A DNA stretch of 36,135 bases. Source: Lenisia limosa (lineage: Eukaryota > Protista > Breviatea). The translations under genes were made by a program, and so were the position numbers. Shown one piece after another: positions 12,001 through 22,658 of this stretch. A model generated the notes under the pieces. That model saw only the letters and a program-made list of their open reading frames with translations, was not told the origin of the DNA and did not search any database. The DNA lies in assembly GCA_001655205.1 (NCBI GenBank), contig LPNZ01009726.1:1-36135 (forward strand), in the 5' to 3' direction. Numbering within the stretch: the first letter of the stretch is position 1; the number at the start of each line of letters is the position of its first letter.

Positions 12001-14212
12001 GTTTTCGAGGATTTATCGAGGAATTCTTGAACCAAAGTGAATCCCTATATCTGTCTCCTTCGAAACTGAAATGAAGATTTGATTTCAAACTTCCTCTCCC
12101 AGAAAAATTAGCAATACAAAAGAAAAGTATGTTCCATCTCAGCTTAGATATAATTTTAAATTTAACCCTTATTCCTGACTAACAGAAAAACATGTGGAGA
12201 TGACCCCCCCTACCGGAATGTATGTATGGGGGAATTTGAAGGGGTAGATTAGCGCCTGTATTGACTCCAAGACAGCCTAAATACGTGAAAAAAAAGACAA
12301 GACAAAGGCTCTGTTGCGGGCCACAGAAAGCCAATAGATTTACGAAGGCAGTCATTAGGCATACAACCCCGTGCAAACATCATATGTAGCTATATATATG
12401 TACATACGTCTCCTCACAAACCACAATAGTTGACCTGGCCTTGGCAGTGACGATGACTTGTGATTCTGTCAGAAGGCATGTGAAGAGGAACAGGATCTTT
12501 TGGTGGTCGAAGCAGCGGAACAGAATGTGCAGGGAGAACTGGTGGAAATGAATTGACCTCTTTCACTTTTTGACAAGCTAAGTCCATTGTTTGATATGAT
12601 ATTAAGATGAAAACAGATATGTATGACAAATACAACTCTTGAGTTTTGGCTGGAAGTATCCTAATATGTAATATAGTACATGTAATATGTAGAAAAATAT
12701 ATCATACCCCAAAATGTATCGGAATTTTCTCGGTTTTTTTTTGTTTCTGAACCGAAAGTGCCAAACGTCACTCACATCAAGAAGTGGAAGGTCGTTCACG
12801 GCAGGACGGCGGATGTAAAGCAGGCCAGGGAGGTTGATCGGGATCGGGACAGGGCAAGGGAGGCTCTGGGAGATATCCCTACGAAGTCCGCCATTGAGAA
12901 GCTCAGCACCTGGTCATATGGGATAAATATATTGTTCAACTATTATTGTCCACTCATCTTCGCTACTGAGAGCAGTCCAATACATTGAGTTCGATACAAG
13001 TGGATTTTGAATACTTTTGGAACTTACCTGGAAGGGGAAGTCGGACAGTTAATTGGCCTGCAGGGGGGACTGGAACGTGGTAAAGAAGCTGCTGAATGTA
13101 GGCAGTCACACACGTCGAGTTCTAAATTGTTTTAAAACTGTTTCTCCCATGCACGGTACCATTATTCGAATGTTGAAGGGTGGTTAAAGAATAAGGTTTA
13201 AGCCATCAACACCATATTACGGAGAGGGGCTCGAATATTCTTTCATTGATTTCATTCCAACAAGACTGACCTGAAGACCCCTTCTAAAAAGCTGGTAGAT
13301 TCCAGATAGCCAGGTACGATAGACGGAGAAGAAGGGCCAGTGGGAGACCACTACAAGATTGCATAATTCTTTTTAAACTTCCTAAGATTGCAAAACAACT
13401 ACTTTCAAATGAATACTCTTAACAATAACATGCGTAATTATAATAACAACAAAATAATCACTATGTGGACATTAGCGGGAAACACTGAAAAACCAACACC
13501 CCCCCCCACAGCAAATAGCCTTCTGGACAACATAAGTGAACTCTTCAGCTGGTGGCGCATCAAAAAGTTGAATGACCTCGGGACTCGCTGGTTCCCAGAA
13601 CCGAAGAACGGTGATATATGACCGAAGAGCCAAAGCAGAAGACTATTGCGGGAGTGATAATGGTTTTAAAAGTGAAAAGGAGTGATATGACGAGGCCACT
13701 CTGTTGCAAATTCCACTCTTACATCAGTGAAGGTAAATGGGTAGATGGTGATGTCATGGGTGTGCTGGTCAGTCGACTTACGGAGAACAGAGCCTTCGGG
13801 GAGGCAGAACTGAGGCGTCAATCAATGTCAACAATTTTATGAGGGAAAACAAGGAAAACAAAATGAGAAGACAGTTATCAGAAACGCATTATCTGAACAT
13901 GATTATTTGCACTTCTTTTCCATACAAGCCGAATGATCGTTGGATTAGCGAGATCTACTTACCATCGGAAGGCTGTGGGCAACCAACGGAGCATCAGCAT
14001 GATCTGTTGCTGGGAGCCGCTCAAGGACCTCAGGTCGATAGCAGCGCTGATTAAAGGGTGCTTAATGGTAAGAAGGCGGGAACTGAAGTCGGTTGCCTAC
14101 CATTTTCGTCTCGGCAATGGAAGATGGGGTGCTTCACGAGGCTTTTGTTTTCTGAATTTAAACCCACAATGCAAAAATAGTCGACCAGGCGGTCAATCTC
14201 GCCTTCCAACAT
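9050..14212 (-). CDS. DENN-domain protein (uDENN-DENN-dDENN; putative Rab GEF)
   Basis: Spliced motifs: MLEGEIDRLVDYFCIVGL; YRPEVLERLPATDHADAPLVAHSLPM|FCLPEG; YVVQKAIC|VVSHWPFFSVYRTWL; YIQQLLYHVPVPPAG; RPAVNDLPLLD|FSLHILFRCFDHQKILFLFTCLLTESQV; LIYPFKFPHTYIP|VLPPDLYDYLDAPTPFCMGV; IRQAFLWFFVSLFLKYKKFL; FDREGFLKA...AFIREMMDTQAFRLFIEQR...VIYFDQMIVAKNNR. The 3' end is approximate (9050-9300). Confidence 0.93.
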
Positions 14213-14406
14213 GATAACTTTGGTGTTGTCCCAGTTTAACGTCTCTTCATGTCTACTGCCCCATCATATAATATCCTTCAGAGTAATTTAGTAACTATAA
14301 GCTTGTTTTAAATGTACTGAGGTGATTCCACAAAAACAAATAAAACGCCTTTTAAAAATTCGATAAAAAGTATCGAAATTATTCGAAAATTTAATACCTT
14401 CCATAA

Positions 14407-17400
14407 ATGGCAAGTTCAGGTTTGAGCACTTTGTCACATCCGTTTAGAACTCCAGAACACACCAGCACTCATCCTCTCAAACTAGACCATCTTCATGACT
14501 TGAAAGAGGTAACACACATTTTGAAGTATCACCATGTTCGCCTTTCACTAAAAGGTCTTTTTGCACATCAGTGGCTTCGTGTAACAAGAAAACCCCCGAA
14601 AGGAGTACAATGCTAAGGAAGAATGAAGGTTTGAACTATTCTGAAAAAATGTTTTTAGTGGTGGACAAGTCATTTCACGAAGAAATTGACACGGCTGTCC
14701 GAGATGAACTGTTATGGTCTTCAAAAGTAGGGTAGTAACTGAAATCATATAGTGTCATCTGGTTTATCCTTTCATGCTTCAATAATAAGAATTTATCACA
14801 TTACCTTTGTGACAATCTAGGTCTCCTCTCAGATTCTCTGTATTTGGATCTTTCTGTTTTTTGGAGCAATTCAGGTTGGTGTGTTGGTTTGGCATCCTCA
14901 GGTTGATTTACTGTCAGATATGTGATTCACAGCAACAAATGAGAAATGTTTCTTTGGAGTTAACAATTCAAAAGTTCTGTTTCACATAAAAATGGTCTAC
15001 TATTCCATTTCATTTCAATATATCAGAGCATAATGGCCCCCTGTGTTTCATGGGCTATACTGCGAACTTTTTTAATAAATCCAAAAAAGATGTATATACC
15101 ACTTTTCAACGTATTTATCAATTAGATTGTCGAAGGAGAAATGGTACCTCCACCAGGTACCTCTGATGAGTTTCTGTCCTTTATCTTCGCCTGTGCTGCT
15201 TTGATGTTTGCGTTTTACGTCTACATGACAACTGTGGTGGCTTTCAAAATGCTCAAGGTTCAAAGTGAAGATGACGAAGTTGAGGTGCGCATGGATTTCT
15301 GGCATTTCATTGGTCATACCAGACTTAATTGAATTAGGTTCTACAAATCCACCATATCAGATCGAAAGCCAAATGAACATTTTCCTTGATCAAACAAGTT
15401 GACTATCACAGTATTTATCCTATAATGTTAATTCATTTCATTTTTGAGGATCATCTTCAGAATTTACTTCAATTAAAAACAACCAAAAAACATGCACGAC
15501 AGAAAACAAAGGTTAAACCTATTTTTATGACGAAATAATTGATGTATTTTACATTTTACCATACTCTAGACAAATAAGCAGCAACCTCGCCAAATAATTG
15601 TCATTAACAAATAAAATTATTTTCATTTGTGTAGCAACAAGAGTGTTACGTCTATTTTGTTAGTTCTATATCATATTTGGAGCAATTTTTCGCTTCAAAT
15701 AAATTCACAGATAGAGGAAATTTCACAGATACTATATGGACGGTGTGATATAATATGTACTTTTTCATATAACTGTTTACTTCTTAGAAGCCGTCAATGT
15801 GTCATAGAAACAACTATCGAAGCTCGCTTCCAAGCTCGGCCAGGTAACCAGAGTTTAAACAATCAAGTTAATTCATGAATTTATGTTAATAATATCACGT
15901 TTATACATCCATTTAGTAATGGATTGAGGTCAAGGGGAACGTCTGGTATGAACCCAAAATCTCAGGTGAACAAAGAAATCCAGAAAAAAGACCACATTGT
16001 CAGCTTCAAACTGCCAACAATATTTGAGGTAAGACATTTGCAATGTTGGTAACACCTTAGGTTCTCCTCATATCATTTAATTCTTTGAGGGCTGTTATGA
16101 CACTTTTGGCGTTGATATATTCCCCAGTTGCCTATCCGGGAACAGCTTATAGCTTGTCAGCAATGATTTGTTCATCAACTTTCCTCTGTTAGATGTCCTG
16201 TGTGATTCACTATTTAGTAATTTTAACCGGATTAACTTTAAAAGTTGCTATCATTGTCAGTAACGCTGTGATCGTCTGGTATCTAATCCTTCACTTTGGT
16301 AGGTTATCTCTTCTGAAACATTTTGCTCATTTCTCCAAGAGGCTGGAGGTGACAAAGCAACAGCTCTGTTTTTGATAGGTTTCTTTGAGGTCATTTCAAT
16401 TCTGATTCGCATTTCAAATATAGAAAGGTGAGATATGATGATTTATTTAACAATCTCAGATTTCGATTACTCACTGAAAGACGGTTTCGGTTCAAAAAGG
16501 AAACAAAACGAATGGGTATGGGAGCGTGAAATTAATACAAAATACATAAAAAAAACATCAATCACTTTAAAGGTGCACTCACCAACTCAATTCTACCTCC
16601 ACATGTTCAGGAACTTTTGAGGTGGGCTGCATGTGTCAATATTTAACAAATCATAACCATTTCATGATTCTGAGTTGTCTAATAAAGCTGACTATTCTAA
16701 CCAATTAGAAATGGAGACTCAACGCAAGACATTGTTGACCAGTTTCCTAACGTAACTATTCTCTTCATTTCGGTATGTTTTCATCATATGATATCATAAT
16801 ATTTTGGAATGATGTCAAAATTATTTGACTGCGCTCACTTTTAGTTGAAAATTGATGAGGCTGCTTTGAAGACACAAAAACCAGAAGCTGTAAGTGATAC
16901 AATGTAATGAACAAACTGAAAATCAAAAATAATATTTTTACAACCTTCTACTTAACATAATAATTCCTTTTGTAGATTGTGCGGCTTGTTTCAACAGTGG
17001 CTGTTGGGGTTGACAAATATGTCACGCAAACAGGATGGTATGTGTGCGACTATTATATTAAATCCACTAAATACGCGTCACATTTGTAGCTTCAAGCTTG
17101 AACAGGTGGAAGAGAGTATCCTTGTCGTAGGTGGACTACCCAGCACAATGGTATCCGCATTGAAGGTGAGAATGCAAATTTGATTTCAGAAAAGATTTTC
17201 TTGGAGCAATGTCCACAAGTCCAAGAAAGATTAGAATATTTTTGCCCAGTGTTTATCAAATGAATGTCAATGACACCTTAGGTTAGTCGAAGTCACATCA
17301 TGGTTGACAACCCAGGTTCTATTTTGTAGGCAGGAGCCACTAATATGATCATTCAATGATAACATGCACTATCAATATCTTCTTACTGTTATTGATGTTG

Positions 17401-20400
17401 CATAGTGTAGACGATATTGATCCTGGGAAACATGGAGCGGCTGCCATTGTCAGGGTCGGCAATGGCGTTATGAGTATCATTCAAAATGTGGGTCAAGCCA
17501 CATTTTTTGAAATGACGAAAAATGTTTGATATCATGTGTTCTGACATGACAAACTAGGTTAGAATGATCAGTTGTCGCTGCGGGGCACACACTGGTTCAG
17601 TGGTGGCTGGGATTCTTGGTAATGGGGAACATTTGACTGGGTGGCCGGTAATATTTTGAAATAGTATTAATTTATTCAATTTTCATTGACACTCTTTTTC
17701 ATATTACGGTAAACTTCTGTACAAAAGAAAATAATATATACTATGAGAAAAAATACGAGCATAAACTGAAATAAAACGCGCGTGGTGTTAAGAATTAATA
17801 TTTTCGCCATCAAGTTGATGATCATAAAATGAAAAAAAAATTGAAAAGTTACTGTTTTCTGCGCTTCCTTCAGAAATAAAATGTAAATATCTAAGAAATA
17901 TGATCCAGTTTTAAGGATAATAAATGATTTGGCGACCGTAAATAATCAACAATATTAATTAAATTTAACCTTGGGCAATGAATATTTTTCCTAAAATACT
18001 AGACAATGTTCAAAAAAGTGTAGTAAATAGTTTGTTATTTTTCACATTTTTGGTTCACCCCGAAGGAACTTCAACCTTTCATTGGTGCATGGTGGGTTCC
18101 ACATTCAATATTGCCAGTAGAACCAGTAACACGTCACCACTCAATACATTCCGTCTTTCCCCAACTGTCTTCCTTGCTCTAAGAGAGTCAACATGCATCG
18201 GCAGAGACCCGGAATATCATCCCATCGACGTGATTGAAGAAGATATTGGTATCCCAACAGAACGAACGACGTCCTTTTCACCTCCACCCAACCTCCACAT
18301 TCCAGGTTCCAGCTTTTTGACTCCTCAGTCATCACCAAAATCTGGGTCCAAGAATAGTAACCCAGTATTCACCGGACCACTACCGGATGAGTCATATTGG
18401 ACTACTTTCAGCGATAGCGATATGGCGGTGGAGGGTGATCAAGGTTGGCTTGTCTGAAAGTAGTGTTTTTAATGATAAATAGGTTTATGTCAGTAACATA
18501 CCAGAAAGCTATCAATATGAATTCAATACGTGTTCGGTTTTTTTTGAACTTTGTTGGAAGTTGGCAACATAAGCAAGTTGCAGTACATTAATTTTGATGT
18601 CGATTTATCACTACCCACTAGGGGAATGGCGAGCACGGCCTGATGGCTCAGTCGAAGCCAAAGGTGTTGGAACCATGCGGGTTTGGAAGGTGAGATGCTG
18701 TCCAAAATAAGCATTATCGGTCAGCTTCGGGAATACAGTAGTCACCACCAAATTTTGATTCTTTGTAGGTTGAAAATCTTTCGAAAGAGGAGGAAACAGT
18801 CGCTGCTATGAACTCAACGCGATCAATGGTCAGCAACTGGAAAGACGCTGCAAACACACCGGTTTGATAAATATAAGCTCAGCAATATGTACGACATATT
18901 TTCTTTTTCCGCAAAGAAATCTAACTTATGGTCCACAAATCACATCAATTTAACATCTATTGGCATTTTATCAGCTTATTGCTTGTAGGAACTTGGGGTA
19001 CCAATTTTTGAAGAGGCACCCTTGCCAATCAAAGGAGGGGATTACAAAGTCGACCATGTTCAATCCCTAGAATGTAGGCCATGTTTCTGACCGTTACGTT
19101 GCAGCTTTGGCGTCGATGTTTTCTGTTGTCAGCGAGTCCGGGGTGGGGTCAGCGTCATTGGCTTCGATGCATGGTCTTATTCTGAGACAGGAAAGCCACA
19201 CTCCAATGGGCGTAAGATGGGTTATCTTGAAAACGTGCGTATTTTGAAAGGCAGTATCATGACTCAAGAAAATTATACATTTGATAACAGCCCTTAGGTA
19301 TCTCAACTGATTCAAAGAAAGAATCACACTTCTTCATTCCTGTCAAGAAATTCGACATCTTGTGGGTTGCATTTTTGAAGCCGTTGAATATTGCCCACTT
19401 GTCACAATTTAGCAATGAGCAGAGCCAGTGACTCCATTGCTTACAGAAAACTCAAACCAAAGTGTGTAGCATCGCTTTCCCTAAAATTTTAAATTCCAAC
19501 CTACTAACACATCAGAAAGAAGAGCAGTGGTGGTGTCAAAGGAAATAAAGCGGTAAGCTTGTTTGGAGTTTGTCACATTCATTTTCAATCAAGCTGTTAC
19601 AATTCATATTGTGTTGCGACCTTCTCCGAAAATATTTAATTATTGATTCCTTCATTATATATGATAACTACATGTTGACAATGCGCCCATGTGTGGATGT
19701 TTTATTATCATGATTAATTAACCCCAATTCCATTTTCTACTGTTTTAATTAAATTATCCAGGTGGATCAAATAATTGGAATTCGAGTCACCAAATATATT
19801 GCAAAGTTCAAGCCTGAAATTGACCTTCGGTTCCAACGCGACATGAATGGTAGGTCAGGTCCTTGAAAACTGAATCTATATAGCCCGCCTTCAGCTAGAC
19901 ATTGAACAACATCTCGTAAGAATCGAGAAACAGTTCAATTATCCGTATCAGTCTTCACATAGGGTAATGTGATCAACCTCCTTTTTTATCTTGTAGAAAA
20001 TTGACATTATTGCAGCTCTCATGTACGCAGTTGTTGTGTCATTCTTTTTGATTTACACGTTCATCAAACCAGACCTTTATAGTAACATTTGGGTAAGCAG
20101 TCTAGAGTATATTATGAAGCTGTACTCATGTTTGTTTTACCCATTTATATAGCTTCGACGAATGCTGCATACCTGGGCAATCATTTTTCATCTCAGCAAC
20201 ATTTTAATTCAAAGTAATGACAATTTCAAAGAGTAGGCTCGTAATTCAAACCAACCATTATAGTATTCGAGAAATTGTTGTGATGCTGGCATGGGGAGCT
20301 ATGTCATGCTTCTACTCCCCTCTTAATGGCGACTTGGAAGTTACTGAGGACCGTTACCTTGAAGACTTTACCGTTGCCTTCATGGGGTGCTACATTGCCA

Positions 20401-22355
20401 CCCATGTGCGATTCAGGAAAATGTACTCCAACACACTGTTTTCATGACTCTCAAGGCTTTGGGTTACCATTGGTGCGGGTACATTCCATATTCTGATGAC
20501 AGCTCGAGCAGGTGCAAGTTTCGGACATATCTTGATTAGATTGTCAATTATCGTGGCCATGTTCCTTGGTAGGGTGGGAAAACAATTTTAAACCGCATTG
20601 ATCTATAAATATGATTGTTTTTGAAGTAAATTTGTATTATTATTATCATTCAAGGTGGTTCAGCAGTGGCTCATCATAGGGAAAGCGCAGCTAGACACAG
20701 TTTTTTGGCCCAAGTTGGGGTTGTTTTGACTCTTTACATTGGATATTCCACCATTTGTAGATTGCAATTGATACTGTACAATCAAATAACAATTTAGCTT
20801 GCGCTCATTGAACAAAGGCGACAAGCAATGGGTGGGGGTGCGTTGTAGTTGTAATACATAGACTGTACTTGATTATGGCATATTTTGCGTATAGTGGGGC
20901 AATTGACAAGTAATAAAACATACCCGTATTCGATAATATCAAAAGTACACGAAGAAGTGTGAGTACAACTATCAGAACAATAATTGTTCAGAGTTCCTGT
21001 CGAGTATGCTCCCAACTCATTTGGTGAAACCCCTCATGAGTCATGGTGAAGTGGTCGAATCTCTCCCGCATCAAATTACTCTTCTTCAAGTGAGTACTAT
21101 TATTGGAAGCTCAAAAAAATCAGCTTGATATCGTCGGGTTCACTGGCATGACTCTGACACTGCCTGCACGAGTTGTCTTCAGCGTTTTGAATCGACTAGT
21201 CTGGTGAGTGCTGCTGACCATATGGCAGTTTGCTAACTACGTAGTGCATTTGACAGTAATGCACGTTCAAGACGAGTGTACCGTCTTTATACTGTTGGTG
21301 ACACCTGGGTGGTGGGAGGGGCTTCCGGAACAGAACCTGATTCCTCAGCACTCTCTTGCATGATTTTGTTCTGCTTATCATAAACCAGGCTGAAACTGAA
21401 GAGGAAACTGGGTTGGGTTTTTGCTTTTTGGAAAATAATGATAGACTTGGTTACGTAATGGATATGGTATGCCCTGCTTTAACCACCCTCAAGGCCGCAG
21501 CCGGCATTCCCGGAACCAGCTCTGAGCCTGCCACTGCGGCTTCGTTCCTCGGCTGCGACCTGGTCAGTACCGTCGCAACTATCAATGCGGTGAGAACGGC
21601 TGTTCGTAAAAAATGGACCGTCAATTTGTTGAAGTAAAATACCTGTGGTACCTACATACTATACTTAATTGTTAATGTAATATTCATAAGTAAAATACAA
21701 GCTACTACTGTTTCAAATTTCGCATCAAATCAATCATTATGTTTAGAATCGTTTGTGTGGCGACCCATTCATCAAGATTCGGGTAGGTCTTGGTACCGAC
21801 AAGGCTGTTGCAGGCATTGTTCGAAGTATTCGCCCAAGGTACCTGATGGTTGGTTGGCTCAGTAATGTGTTCCAAATTACCCGATCAAACTAACTTGAGA
21901 CTTTCAGATATTCCCTCATTCTAACAACGCAGTGGGGTCCAGTCATTAGAGTGGCGTCCGCAATGAAACAGGCCGCTTCCGTTGCAACAGCTTACTGTGA
22001 TTTCACAACTGTCCAGGTATGTATACCACGCAGAAAGATCTTCACCAAGGATGGGGTATTCAGGAATGAATGCAATTCTTTACATATTAACTTCATTTTC
22101 TCTTTAAAAATAATGTTCCATATTGAAACCAAACAACTCACAATACAGGGCGTCTTGGGGTCTGGCAAAGGCTTCGTAAGCCTCACTGCTACAGACTACC
22201 TCAACCACCCCATGACAAGAAGAATTCCTGAGTGGGTTGTGTGTAAGAAGGTCAGCAAGGCTTCTGAGGATTCCGGCAAGTCTAAGGTCAATTTTGATAA
22301 CGCTCTTGGTTTGAGTTCAAAAGGCGTTTGGCAGCTCATAAGGGGGTCCAAGTAG
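14407..22355 (+). CDS. Membrane guanylyl cyclase, class III, TM cluster-C1-TM cluster-C2 topology with swapped catalytic halves (Dictyostelium GCA-like)
   Basis: C1: ALTNSILPPHVQELL...FPNVTILFIS|LKID...GCFKLEQVEESILVVGGLP...RCGAHTGSVVAGILG|TSTFHWCMVGSTFNIASR...EAKGVGTMRVW. C2: FLSSMLPTHLV...ITLLQ|LDIVGFT...AFD...VYRLYTVGDTWVV...IRVGLGTDKAVAGIVRSIRPR|YSLI...WGPVIRVASAMK...SSKGVWQLIRGSK* (stop 22353-22355). Hydrophobic exons precede each domain. The first exons (14407-15900) are assigned tentatively. Confidence 0.88.
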
Positions 22356-22658
22356 AGTGTAGAGTTTTGTGGTTTCGTGTTTTTAGAATATTATGTATTT
22401 AGTAGCTTTCTGAAAAGAGGCTTATAGTAAATAACAAAACTACGACATTTTACAACACCCTCTTCGCCCTTGGGTTTTTGCAATATCCAGGAATTAATAT
22501 CCCTGAGTGAGTTTAATAAATATATTTTCGGATAACTAATAGTATATCATAAAAAATAGCACTCATTATTTCAGAAATATTATTCTACCAAACAAGCAGA
22601 TTTAAAAGATTCGGAGAATACCTCAAACCTTAAATTTCAGTTCATGTAAATATGCTTA

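Noticed and set aside
11809-12088. Overlapping ORFs on both strands suggesting a nested gene
   Set aside because: Explained by a DENN exon (VLPPDLYDYLDAPTPF) plus an ~300-nt intron. The YIP|VLPP junction is the conserved DENN motif.
13022-13031. ACTTACCTGG resembling the U1 snRNA 5' end
   Set aside because: It is simply the reverse complement of a DENN 5' splice site (CCAG|gtaagt); no U1 body follows.
17619-18065. Unusually long AT-rich intron with a TGATGA box-C-like hexamer (possible intronic snoRNA)
   Set aside because: No appropriately placed CTGA box D or terminal stem was found.
17978-18457. 159-aa ORF that looks like a stand-alone gene or the end of a truncated cyclase
   Set aside because: Its start lies in intron 17619-18065 and its stop lies past a donor (CAAG|gttggc). 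The next exon supplies the EAKGVGTMRVW hairpin, so it is an internal exon of the guanylyl cyclase.
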